From Polyangiaceae bacterium (GTDB taxonomy: Bacteria; Myxococcota_A; Polyangia; Polyangiales; Polyangiaceae), in the NCBI GenBank assembly GCA_044222475.1, contig JBGANF010000005.1, positions 78,211-142,210 of the forward strand: a stretch of DNA of 64,000 bases, written 5' to 3'. The notes under the pieces are model-generated. The model was not told the origin of the DNA and did no database searches. It saw only the letters and a program-made list of their open reading frames with translations. Made by a program: the position numbers and the translations under genes. Below, in pieces: positions 20,612-29,810 of this stretch (its first letter is position 1; each line of letters begins with the position of its first letter).

Positions 20612-21793
20612 TCAGTCGTCGTCGTCGCGATTGCGGCCGGCGCCCGGCTGACTGAGCAAGTTGCGCAGCGACGAGGGGGCGTAGAGGATCATCCACCACG
20701 CTTCGGGCTCGGGGGCTTTGCCCATCACGCCGGTCGCCTTCTCGGGGATCATCGACGTCGTCTTGCAGTACTGGCAGACCGCGACGCGCGTCCCGTGAGG
20801 GAGCGACAGCGACGACCCGCACTGCGGACACAAGATCGCGAGCGCAGCGGTGCCGGCCTTCGGCTCGACGCGCGCGGGCGCGCGACCGTGCACCAGATCG
20901 TCGGCGATCGCGGCGAGGAGCTCGGGGCACTCGGCGATGATCGACTGCGGCGCGGTGTGGGTTTCGTTCACGTTGCAGCGACGGCACACGACCTGAGCGA
21001 CACCTCGCGCCGGAAAGCTCACCTCGAGCGGGCTGTAGCACTGATGACAAAGCGGATGGCCCGGGAAGAGTGCGACGTCGTACGTGCCGGTCTTCATCCC
21101 ACCCGAGCTGAACACCGTGCCCGACTGCTCCATCGTCAACCGCGCGCGCTCGAGGCCGATCTTCGGGAGGAAGTTCTTCATCAGCTCCGGGATCATCTCC
21201 GAGACGTCGTCCCAGCCGTCTTGATCGTCGAGCCAGTCTTCTTCTGGCATGACGGGCGGCCACGGCGGGTAGATGCGCATGTTGGTCCAGAACGCGTCGC
21301 CGACGACGTTCGCGATCCGGACGAGCTTCTCCTTCCACATGTCGGTGTCGAAGAGGCGCTCCTGACTGCAGCCGAAGCAGTAGAAGCGACCGTCGGCGTC
21401 GAGCGTGTCGATCGGTGACTTGGTGCCGCACTGCACGCAACCGAACTTGCAGCGCACCTGCATGAACATCACGCCGGTCGGCGGATACGGGATCGTCAGC
21501 GTGGGCGATACGGGACCGTTGCACGCACCGCACGCTTGAAGCACCGGCGGCACGTTCGCGCCGCAGTGCGCACAGATGCGCAAGCCCGACGGGTGCATCC
21601 CCGCCGGCATCGCGGCGTTCGCGATGTTCGGCGCCGCCGCGGGCGCGGCCGCGGGTGGTGGTCCCGCGAACGCGGACGCGGCAGCAGGAGGCGCAGCCGC
21701 GGGCGGCGCCGCCGCAGCTTGCGGCTTGCCGCAGCTCGAGCAGAAACGCGCGTTCACTTCGTTGGGCGCACCACACGATGAGCAAGCGGCCAT
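20612..21793 (-). CDS. Multi-zinc-ribbon protein (10 CxxC)
   Basis: CSSC x2, CAHC, CGAC, CVQC, CFGC, CHQC, CRRC, CPQC, CQYC. Confidence 0.8.
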   Translation of the reverse strand: MAACSSCGAPNEVNARFCSSCGKPQAAAAPPAAAPPAAASAFAGPPPAAAPAAAPNIANAAMPAGMHPSGLRICAHCGANVPPVLQACGACNGPVSPTLTIPYPPTGVMFMQVRCKFGCVQCGTKSPIDTLDADGRFYCFGCSQERLFDTDMWKEKLVRIANVVGDAFWTNMRIYPPWPPVMPEEDWLDDQDGWDDVSEMIPELMKNFLPKIGLERARLTMEQSGTVFSSGGMKTGTYDVALFPGHPLCHQCYSPLEVSFPARGVAQVVCRRCNVNETHTAPQSIIAECPELLAAIADDLVHGRAPARVEPKAGTAALAILCPQCGSSLSLPHGTRVAVCQYCKTTSMIPEKATGVMGKAPEPEAWWMILYAPSSLRNLLSQPGAGRNRDDDD

Positions 21794-21819
21794 GGTCGAG
21801 CGAGGATACGGGACTTATC

Positions 21820-22782
21820 TCACTTGCAACAGACCGTGCGCATGGAGACCGGCGTAGTTGCTCCGCCCGCGGCGCCGACGGTCGTCGAGCACGTGCCGCT
21901 CGCCGTCACCTTGACGATCGTGTTTGGGCCGACCGTGACCGGGGTACACGTCTCGGCCGGCATGTTGATGGCGTTCCCCGACACGGTGGCGCAGTTGGAG
22001 TCGGAGTACGACTGGACGTTCGCGTTGCAGACGCCGTTGGTGACGCTGCACGTGCAGCCGGTGCAGGTTCGCGCGTCGGTCACGGACTTCGCGATGAGGG
22101 TGCGCTGGGGAGCGGTCTGCGGGCAGCTCACGTCCCCGTTTGCGACGAAGCAGGTCTTCGTGCCCTGCGGAGGCTGGCACAGGCTCGCGCACGTCGTCGA
22201 CGAGGACGGGGTGCAGAGCGCGGCCTGATTGCCGTACGGCTTCGCGAAGCTCGGCGTGGTCGAGCAGCTCACGTTGCCCGACCCGTTGCCGGTCAGCTTC
22301 ATCGCGACCGCGGTTGCGTAGTTCTGCGGCGAGCCCTGGCAGGTCCCCGAAACGCCGAGCGTGCCCACGATGTTGGAGCAACTCGCAAGCGCGTAGATCT
22401 GCAATTTCGCGGTGCTGCACCCACCCAACGAACAGCTGCACGAGCACGTGCCGGAGGCGATCCCGGAGACCGGGTTCGTCACGACGTTCTCCACCGTTGC
22501 GGAGTTGGGACAGTTGTCGCCGTCGCTGCCGTAGAGGATCGGTGAGAACCCCAGCGGCACGGTGAGATCGCACCCGCACCCACCGTCGGGGATGACGACG
22601 ACGGGGGAGTCGGGCGACGCGTCGGAGCTCCCGCCGTCGGTGGACGAGTCGACGGCACCGTCGGCGGACGGGTCGACCGCGGCGTCGGTCGCCACGTCGA
22701 GGTTGGAGAGCCCGCTCACCAACGCGCACCCGGTCATCGTCACGACGAGCGGGAAGACGAAGCCGAGGTATTTCGGGCCCAC
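21820..22782 (-). CDS. Cys-rich lipoprotein
   Basis: MTGC lipobox, Asp-rich linker, two repeats containing C-x-C-x-C. Confidence 0.75.
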   Translation of the reverse strand: MGPKYLGFVFPLVVTMTGCALVSGLSNLDVATDAAVDPSADGAVDSSTDGGSSDASPDSPVVVIPDGGCGCDLTVPLGFSPILYGSDGDNCPNSATVENVVTNPVSGIASGTCSCSCSLGGCSTAKLQIYALASCSNIVGTLGVSGTCQGSPQNYATAVAMKLTGNGSGNVSCSTTPSFAKPYGNQAALCTPSSSTTCASLCQPPQGTKTCFVANGDVSCPQTAPQRTLIAKSVTDARTCTGCTCSVTNGVCNANVQSYSDSNCATVSGNAINMPAETCTPVTVGPNTIVKVTASGTCSTTVGAAGGATTPVSMRTVCCK

Positions 22783-23003
22783 GCTTCATCGTCGCGCGGT
22801 GGGACACCCCGGTCAATCGACGCTCGCGAAAGCGAGCGTGGATCGCGAACGCACCCCCTCCCGGTTCGCATTGGCTCGCGGCGTGCGCGCTTTGCCTACA
22901 TGGATAGTCGCGGCCCCAGTGACGGCTCGGAGACGATCACTTTGCCGGCAATTTCTCGGCATTTCCGGTCCGGCGATCGCCACCTCGCGAGGATTCGCGA
23001 GTT

Positions 23004-23019
23004 TGGCTCGGTCCCTGCA
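23004..23019 (+). promoter_or_regulatory. sigma54 -24/-12 promoter candidate with upstream palindrome TTGCCGGCAA (22942-22951)
   Basis: TGGCTCG-GTCC-CTGCA at canonical GG/GC spacing; perfect 10-bp palindrome about 80 bp upstream of the predicted +1. Confidence 0.6.
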
Positions 23020-23031
23020 ATGCACACCGTC

Positions 23032-24003
23032 ATGCACAGCTCCCGACGAAACGTCCTCGCGAGCGCGGCGCTCACTCTGACCCTCGGAGGCGCCGTGCTC
23101 GGCGCGCTCGCGAGCGGGCGCCACGCCAAGGCGGAGGGGACCGACGCCGCCGACGCCAACGCCCGCTGCGCGATGCGACTCGCCATCGCCCTTCAAGGCG
23201 ACGCACCGACGGCGGAGCTCCTCGCGTCGCAGACGCCGCAGGCGTCGGTCGATCAGATGGTCACGACGCCGGCGTTCCGCGACCGCTTCGCGAGCTTCGT
23301 GAACGCCGAGTTCAATGGCGGCCCCGCGACCGACCCCCTCACCGACACAGTCTACTGGATGGCGAAGTGGGTCCTCGCGAACGACAAGCCGTGGAAGGAT
23401 CTCTTCATCGGCGCGTACGACGTCGCCGCCAGCGTCGACAAGAAGAGCCTCGACGTCGTCGCCTCGGCGAACGGCCTCGGCTACTTCCGCACGAAGCCGT
23501 GGATGCTCCGCTACGCCGGCAACGAAGAGGCGGGCATCCGCATCTCGGCCGCGTATCACATGATCCAGAACACGACCGGCTTCGAGGTACCCGCGTCGGT
23601 GGCGAAGCCCGGTGAGGATCGCAGCGCGGCCGGCCGCCTGGCCTCCGGCTGCGCGGGTTGCCACTACAGCCCGTGGTTCGCGCTCGACAAGGCTGCGGCG
23701 GTGCTGTCGCGGAAGAAGGTCGACGGCACGACCGGCGCGATCAGCTTCGATGCGACCGCCGTCCAACCGACCCAGCTCCTCGGGAAGACGCTCACGAACG
23801 ACGCGGACCTCGTGAAGACGTTGGTCGGGTCCGAGTACTTCGACTTCGCGCAGTGCCGTCTCGTCTTCAAGTTCCTCTACGGCCGTAGGGAGAACCAGTG
23901 CGAGGCGCCGCTCTTCGACAAGTGCGTCGACGCGCTCCGCAACACCGGGAAGATTCAACCTGCCATCGCCGCCGTCGCCAAGGACGCAGCGTTTTGCCAA
24001 TGA
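23032..24003 (+). CDS. Exported protein with single CxxCH heme motif (DUF1549/1553/1585-like myxobacterial family)
   Basis: Signal peptide, CAGCH, C-terminal FAQCRLVFKFLYGR...FCQ. Confidence 0.7.
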   Translation: MHSSRRNVLASAALTLTLGGAVLGALASGRHAKAEGTDAADANARCAMRLAIALQGDAPTAELLASQTPQASVDQMVTTPAFRDRFASFVNAEFNGGPATDPLTDTVYWMAKWVLANDKPWKDLFIGAYDVAASVDKKSLDVVASANGLGYFRTKPWMLRYAGNEEAGIRISAAYHMIQNTTGFEVPASVAKPGEDRSAAGRLASGCAGCHYSPWFALDKAAAVLSRKKVDGTTGAISFDATAVQPTQLLGKTLTNDADLVKTLVGSEYFDFAQCRLVFKFLYGRRENQCEAPLFDKCVDALRNTGKIQPAIAAVAKDAAFCQ

Positions 24004-24011
24004 GGACGACG

Positions 24012-24668
24012 ATGAACGCCAAGCTCCTCACCGCCCTCTTCGCCACCGCCACCGCCCTGTCGGTGGGCGCGTGCAGCGCACCGTCGGACCGCCTCGACGA
24101 GGACCCGCTCGACCCCACCGGCGACGGCGGATCGAAGACCGACGGCGGTCAGACGATCGCGTGCACCGAGACCTCCGCCGGCCGCAGCTACAAAGGCTTC
24201 GAGGGCGAGCTGCTCGACGGCACGCGCCTCATGGAGAACATGGGCCAGGATCGCGCGCGGCTGAAGCCGTTCGCGGCGCTCAGTGAAGAGTACGCGCGCG
24301 TGTTCGGCGCGGTTCCGGCGAGCCTCGCGGGCTCGGCCGACTCGTTCGCCGTCCCGCCCGCGCGTTGGTACGAAGAGCCGCAGGCGACCGGCGTCGGGCT
24401 GGCGGCGCTCTACGGCATCGGCTTCGAGGCAGGCCTCGCGTACGCGAAGGCGAACGCGCAGTACGCCGCCGCGCCGACGGCGCAGACGGCCGGCACCGAG
24501 TGCGCGGCCTTCATGAAGAAGGCGTGGCTCCGAACGCCGGTCCCCGCGGAGATCGATCAGTGCGTCACCCTCGCGACGACCGGCGTCGCGAAGGAGCCGA
24601 ACGCGCAGCGCAAGTGGGCTTACGTCTTCGCGATGGTCGTCTCGTCGACGCCCTTCATCACCTACTGA
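24012..24668 (+). CDS. Lipoprotein (DUF1595-like C-terminal helical domain)
   Basis: VGAC lipobox; CAAFMKKAWLRTP...C...WAYVFAMVVSSTPFITY; GAGGA SD. Confidence 0.7.
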   Translation: MNAKLLTALFATATALSVGACSAPSDRLDEDPLDPTGDGGSKTDGGQTIACTETSAGRSYKGFEGELLDGTRLMENMGQDRARLKPFAALSEEYARVFGAVPASLAGSADSFAVPPARWYEEPQATGVGLAALYGIGFEAGLAYAKANAQYAAAPTAQTAGTECAAFMKKAWLRTPVPAEIDQCVTLATTGVAKEPNAQRKWAYVFAMVVSSTPFITY

Positions 24669-24676
24669 GGAATGAG

Positions 24677-25936
24677 ATGAGCTCGTCCAAATTCGCACTC
24701 TCTCGCCGCGGGATCCTCAAGGGCGCGCTCGCGCTCGGCGGCGCAGCGCTCGGCGCGCGCCTCGGTGGTCGCGGCTGGCTCCCCGAGGCGCAGGCCGCGG
24801 GCGAGACGTCGCACGTCGTCTTCATCTACCTCCCCGGCGGGTTCAACGGCGCGCTCGGCGGTTCGGCGAACGCGTTCGTCACCGGCAACAAGTTCGGACT
24901 CACGTCGACGAACATCCAGATGATCGGCAACGGTCTCTCGACCGACAAGGCCACGTTCGGGACGCTCCCCGCGTTCGCGCTGCAACACTGGCGCGGAGTC
25001 GGCGCGCGTCACGGCGTGACGAGCCACACCACCCCCGACAACAGCAACGGCGGCGGCGAGCGCGCGCTCACCCGTCGCGGCACGAGCAGCTACCTCACCC
25101 AGCTCGCCGCGGCGATGGGCGGCGACTCCGCGCTCAAGGCGGTGCACCTCGGGGACTACCCCGCCTACCGGACGCAACCGTCGTCGGGCGGCGTGTCGCT
25201 GCAGCGCGTGTCGGATCTCTCGAGCGCGATCAAGGCGCTCGGAGCGGGCGGCACCGACCCGACCGCGCCCGATCGCACCATCGCCGGCGCGGGCCTCCAG
25301 TCGGCGGCGAACGCGTCCGGTCCTCAGATCACCGCGAACCCGCGCAGCCTCTTGTCGGTCGACGACGCGTACAAGGCCGGCATCGCGACGCTGCTCAAGC
25401 CGCCGCCGCCACCGGTGACGTTCCCCGAGATCTCCACCGCGTACGGCCTGGGCGGCGGGACTGCCGTCCAGAGCTTCGCGTCGCAGATGGCGGGCGCCGA
25501 GGTCATGATCCGCGCCGCGAGCTCGAACGTGATCAGCGTCTTCGATCAAGGCTTCGTCGGTTGGGACTTCCACCAGGTCTCGGGCGGCGTGTCGCAGAAC
25601 ATGATCTTCTCGCGCAACCGCCTCCTCGGAGCCGGCGCGTTCGACGATCGCATGACGCCGCTCAAGACGTTCATGAACCGGATGCTCAACCTGCCGGATC
25701 GCAACGTCGTCGTCGCGATCATGGGCGACTTCGTGCGCGTACCCAATGGGGACCACGGCGACGGCGTCGTCGCGGCGGTGTTCGGGAAGTACGTGAAGCA
25801 GGGTCTGAGCTTCGGTTGCGACGGCAACGCGCGCTTCAACGGAGCGCCGGGAGTCGATGCGCTGTGGTCGGCGATCGCGGCCGCGGCGAAGTGCCCGGGC
25901 TCGCCGTTCGGAGCGAACCCGCACGGGATCGTCTGA
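24677..25936 (+). CDS. Tat-exported DUF1501/DUF1552-like protein
   Basis: SRRGILKG twin-arginine signal; VVFIYLPGG, GWDFH, MGDFVRVPNGDHG. Confidence 0.75.
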   Translation: MSSSKFALSRRGILKGALALGGAALGARLGGRGWLPEAQAAGETSHVVFIYLPGGFNGALGGSANAFVTGNKFGLTSTNIQMIGNGLSTDKATFGTLPAFALQHWRGVGARHGVTSHTTPDNSNGGGERALTRRGTSSYLTQLAAAMGGDSALKAVHLGDYPAYRTQPSSGGVSLQRVSDLSSAIKALGAGGTDPTAPDRTIAGAGLQSAANASGPQITANPRSLLSVDDAYKAGIATLLKPPPPPVTFPEISTAYGLGGGTAVQSFASQMAGAEVMIRAASSNVISVFDQGFVGWDFHQVSGGVSQNMIFSRNRLLGAGAFDDRMTPLKTFMNRMLNLPDRNVVVAIMGDFVRVPNGDHGDGVVAAVFGKYVKQGLSFGCDGNARFNGAPGVDALWSAIAAAAKCPGSPFGANPHGIV

Positions 25937-25937
25937 G

Positions 25938-26221
25938 CTATTTGATCGTGAACGCCGTGCAGGCGGCGCTCACCTTCGACGTGCCTGCGGCGACGTCGAT
26001 GTCCTTGTAGCGAAGCCCGGGGAGATCCCGCCCGAGCTACAGGGGTCGTCCACCGGTTGGGTGTTGGGCCGGTAGACGTCGAGGGCCGCGATCGGACCAT
26101 CGGGCCACGAAAACGTCACGTTGGTGCCCGAGACGTCGGCGACGATCGGCGGGCGCTCGGGCGTGGACGAGCACGCGATGAAGACGACGAGCGCACCGAA
26201 CGCGGCCGGCGCCGCTCTCAT
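25938..26221 (-). pseudogene. Short lipoprotein gene, probably frameshifted or internally deleted
   Basis: MRAAPAAFGALVVFIACSS lipobox; near 26015-26030 the GC3-rich frame switches to LRYKDIDVAAGTSKVSAACTAFTIK* ending at 25938. Confidence 0.45.
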
Positions 26222-26964
26222 TTCTTCTCGACGCCCTTGTCGGTGAAGACTCCCACGCGGATCGACTTCGGCGTCGTCAGCTCGACCGCGTAGAACACCT
26301 TGCCGACCTTGCGCACGTCGGTCGTCGGTCCTTCGAAGTGCCAGCCGTTCGGCATGCTCACGATCTTCGAGGTCGCCTTCTCGCAGCGGCCGTTCGCGTC
26401 CGCCCACACCTTCTTCGGGATCTCGGCGCGATACGCGAACTCGGATCCCTCGAGGATGTCGGTGACGGCCTGGCTCGCATCGCCGTACTCGCCCTTCGCG
26501 TCGGTGAACGTCGACATCGCCGCGAAGCGGTCACCGCTGCGCTTGTCGACGGCGAGCACCGCGAACGTCGGCTTCTTGAGGGCGGCCGCGACCGGGGTGT
26601 CGGCCTGGAGCTCGACGACGAAGCCGAAGAGCACGCCCTGATCGTCCATGGTGCCGTCACGCTCGCCCTTCGCGAAGTCGTCCATCGCGCACCACGCGCC
26701 GGAGACGACCGCGTGCTCGCCGAACCCGGGCTTCTTCGCCGGGCACGGCGAAGACTTCGTCAGGTCTTTGAGGAGCGACGCGACCCACGCCTGGTCCGTG
26801 ACCGAGGCTGCGGTCGGCTTCGCCGCGCTCGCGCTCGCAGCGACGACCGCCGAGGCCGACGCAGCTGGGCCCGCATCGCTCGCAGGCGCCGGGGCCTTGC
26901 AGGCGAGGGTGACTCCGAGGACGAGGACGATGGCGGCGGCGACGGACGCGGCTTCGGTTCGCAT
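26218..26964 (-). CDS. Hypothetical lipoprotein
   Basis: TLAC lipobox, Ala/Ser linker. Confidence 0.75.
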   Translation of the reverse strand: MRTEAASVAAAIVLVLGVTLACKAPAPASDAGPAASASAVVAASASAAKPTAASVTDQAWVASLLKDLTKSSPCPAKKPGFGEHAVVSGAWCAMDDFAKGERDGTMDDQGVLFGFVVELQADTPVAAALKKPTFAVLAVDKRSGDRFAAMSTFTDAKGEYGDASQAVTDILEGSEFAYRAEIPKKVWADANGRCEKATSKIVSMPNGWHFEGPTTDVRKVGKVFYAVELTTPKSIRVGVFTDKGVEKK

Positions 26965-26997
26965 GGCCGCGGACCCTACCAGATGTCGGGCCGTCGA

Positions 26998-28383
26998 TCA
27001 CTTCGGGCGGACGACGATCGGGCTGGCCTTGGACCACGCACGCACGACGCCGTCGGCCTCCTCGACGCGGCACCCGCCGCATTCGACGCTCGTACCAGCT
27101 TGGTACACGGCCTTCGGAACGACGATCTCGGTCGGCTCGGTGATCGAGCCGTCGGGGACGAACGTGATGGTGAGCGCGCGCGTCGCCTCGTCGTAGGCGA
27201 AGCTCGAGAGCTTCCCGGCGACCCGCGACGGGTACGGCCGCACGACGGCGTCGTAGAGCGTCTGCTTCGGCTTTCCCGACGCGTCGAGCAAGGAGTACCC
27301 GCCGTCGTTCTTGTCGTAGCTCCAGTACATGGACCCGGCGGCGACCGCGGCCGCGCCGTCGTACTCGGCGTCCATGTACGGCGCGACGCCGGGGATCGTC
27401 GACTGCGAGCCGTACTCGCCGATCCAGAGCGCCGCGTCGAGGGCGTCGGCCTCGGCGCGGAGCGCCTTGAAGTTGGCAAGGATGCCGTCGCGCTTCTTGT
27501 CGTCGAAGGGGGCGCCGCCCTCGGCGTCGCGATCGTACGAGTGCGGCGAATACACGACGTCGCCGAACGCGAACTTCGTCAATTTGGTCGGCAACCCGAG
27601 GTTGCGACTCGCGCCCGGCTCGATGAACGCGAGCCAGCCAGGCGCCGACTCGCGCACGGCGAGCGTCGCGTCGACGTACACCGAGGTCAGAAGGTCGACC
27701 TCGTAGCCTTGCGCGGAGTACGAGCCCCACGCGGGTTCGTTCATGGGGTCGAAGCCGAGGACTCCGGCGTGCCCGGCCAGGCGCTTCGCGACGCGGCGCC
27801 ACGCTTCCGTGTAGTGTGCACGCAACTCGGTGCTGGCGTAGAACCCGTCCACGCAGGCCTGCACGTGCGGGTCGAGGTAGTTCAGGAACCACGGGTTCTG
27901 CGGGACGAACGCGGCGTAGTGGCTCGCGTCGCACGTCCACTTCGGCGCGCCGTTGCCGCCGCCGAGGGCGAACCCCTCGCCGTAGACGTCTTGGTGCATG
28001 TCGAGCACGACGTAGAGGCCGGCGGCCTCGCACCAGGCGACGTGCTCTTCGAGCGCGGCGAGGTAGGTGTCGTCGTACTTGCCCTTCTCGGGCTCGACGG
28101 CGCTCCACGACACGAGGAAGCGGGCCGCGTTGAAGCCCCAGTCCGTGCGGAGCTTCACCAAGTCGTCCTTCGTGTAGTCGCCGAAGTAGGGCGCGTACTT
28201 CTGGCTGCCGGTGACGTTGGCGCCGCGCAGGATCAGCGTGCGCCCATCGGCGAGGACGATGGCGCCGCTCGCGACGTGAGTGCGGTTCGGGCGCGGCTCG
28301 ACGGCGGGAGTGCTCGAGCAATCGAGCGACAGCCCGACCGCCGCGAGGACGACGCTTGCGACGATGTTTCGCTTCCAAGCCAC
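26998..28383 (-). CDS. Glycoside hydrolase family 5, endoglycoceramidase-like lipoprotein
   Basis: RGANV, LDMHQD, MNEP (acid/base), YSPHSY, IGEYG (nucleophile), VRPYPSRVAG. Confidence 0.9.
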   Translation of the reverse strand: MAWKRNIVASVVLAAVGLSLDCSSTPAVEPRPNRTHVASGAIVLADGRTLILRGANVTGSQKYAPYFGDYTKDDLVKLRTDWGFNAARFLVSWSAVEPEKGKYDDTYLAALEEHVAWCEAAGLYVVLDMHQDVYGEGFALGGGNGAPKWTCDASHYAAFVPQNPWFLNYLDPHVQACVDGFYASTELRAHYTEAWRRVAKRLAGHAGVLGFDPMNEPAWGSYSAQGYEVDLLTSVYVDATLAVRESAPGWLAFIEPGASRNLGLPTKLTKFAFGDVVYSPHSYDRDAEGGAPFDDKKRDGILANFKALRAEADALDAALWIGEYGSQSTIPGVAPYMDAEYDGAAAVAAGSMYWSYDKNDGGYSLLDASGKPKQTLYDAVVRPYPSRVAGKLSSFAYDEATRALTITFVPDGSITEPTEIVVPKAVYQAGTSVECGGCRVEEADGVVRAWSKASPIVVRPK

Positions 28384-28399
28384 GACGCCAGTGTAGCGC

Positions 28400-28621
28400 T
28401 CAGTCGGCATCGGCGTCGGCGATCGTCGCGTCGCCGCCGGCGTCGGCCACGCCCGCCTCGGCGTCGAGGGGGATCAGCTCGGGAGGGTCCCCCGCAGCGT
28501 CGTACGGCGGGATGCCGGGTCCGCCGACGAAGTTGCCGACGACCTCGTTGCCGCAAGCGTAGGCCACCGCGGCGACGCCCACGCTAGCGACCAACAGCCG
28601 TCGACCAACGAGCTTCCTCAT
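28400..28621 (-). CDS. Very small acidic lipoprotein
   Basis: AYAC lipobox followed by VVGNF and an Asp-Ala-Gly-rich tail. Confidence 0.65.
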   Translation of the reverse strand: MRKLVGRRLLVASVGVAAVAYACGNEVVGNFVGGPGIPPYDAAGDPPELIPLDAEAGVADAGGDATIADADAD

Positions 28622-28997
28622 CGCCTCCGAGAATGCCTCGGATCGCGGCGCCGACGAAGAGCGGATTGTCGACGACGACCGGCTTGCCGGGAACGATCGC
28701 GGTGGTCGTGAGCTCGACCACGGATCCCTGTGGGTCGTCGCGTTCGCACGTGTCCTGCTTCAGCCGATCGAAATGCACGAGCTGATCACGCGCGCGCTGG
28801 GTGACGACGAGGCGAAAGTCGGCGGCCCGGGTGCACCCGCCCGACGCGACGTTGATGCGAAGCGTGGTCGTCGCCCCCGCGCCGGAGGTCTGAACGATCT
28901 TGGTGACGGTCACCGGCTCGACTCTCGGTGAGCCGGCGAACGACGGCACGGCGACGAAACACACGGCAGCGAAAACGGCGAACCCAACTCGACGCAT
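28584..28997 (-). CDS. Hypothetical secreted protein
   Basis: Signal peptide; VASGGCT...DTCE...VDNP. Confidence 0.6.
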   Translation of the reverse strand: MRRVGFAVFAAVCFVAVPSFAGSPRVEPVTVTKIVQTSGAGATTTLRINVASGGCTRAADFRLVVTQRARDQLVHFDRLKQDTCERDDPQGSVVELTTTAIVPGKPVVVDNPLFVGAAIRGILGGDEEARWSTAVGR

Positions 28998-29117
28998 GAA
29001 GTGTCTCCTTGCCGAACCCATACGCGCCAGCGCGACGTTCGATCTGATCTCGACCCCGCGGCCACCGCCGGGACGGCCTTGCGCTTTCGACGTTCGCCAC
29101 TATGATTGCCCTAATCA

Positions 29118-29786
29118 ATGGCGAACGCGACCCAGCTCGAGCTTCCGACGCGCCGCACCGGGCGTGGTGGGGCTCGCCCGGGCGCCGGGCGCAAACCGGG
29201 GACGCGGCGCCGGGTCCCGCACCGCGCGCGGCCGCCGCACCGCGCGGCGCACCCGGTCCACGTGACGCTCCGCGCGCGCGCCGGTCTGCCCTCGTTTCGC
29301 GAGCAGGCCATCGCCGACGCCGTGCGGGAAGCGATCGCGGCTTCGGCGCGTTCGACGATCCTGGGAAGCTCGTTCCGGATCCTGCACTTCTCGGTGCAGA
29401 CGAATCACCTGCACCTCATCGTCGAGGCGACCGACAAGCTCGCGCTCTCGCGCGGCATGCGAGGTCTGAGCACCCGCCTCGCGCGGTCGGTGAATCGCGT
29501 GCTGCGCGTCCGCGGAAGAGTCTGGAGCGAGCGCCATCACCGGCGGCCGCTCCTGAACCCGCGCGAGGTACGCAACGCGATCGTCTACGTGCTGATGAAC
29601 GCCAAGAAGCACGGGGTGCGCCTGGCGAGCATCGATCGTTTCTCGTCGGCGCGATGGTTCGATGGCTTCGCGGACTTCACGCCCTCGACCGACGAGCGGC
29701 CGACGGTCGTGCCGAAGACGTGGCTCGGGGGAGCCGGCTGGCGAACCCGCGGTCTCATCCGCGTCGCCGAGCGACCGCGCTCCTGA
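29118..29786 (+). mobile_element. Y1 HUH transposase, REP-associated tyrosine transposase (RAYT)/IS200-like
   Basis: HVTLR, HUH motif QTNHLHLIVEA, GRVWSERHH, catalytic Tyr region IVYVLMNAKKHG, DRFSS. Confidence 0.85.
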
Positions 29787-29810
29787 CGCCGAAACGGGTA
29801 TGCTTCGCCG

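Noticed and set aside
29103..29117. FNR box upstream of the RAYT gene
   Set aside because: Half-site spacing is TGAT-N7-ATCA, not N4; kept only as an unassigned palindrome.
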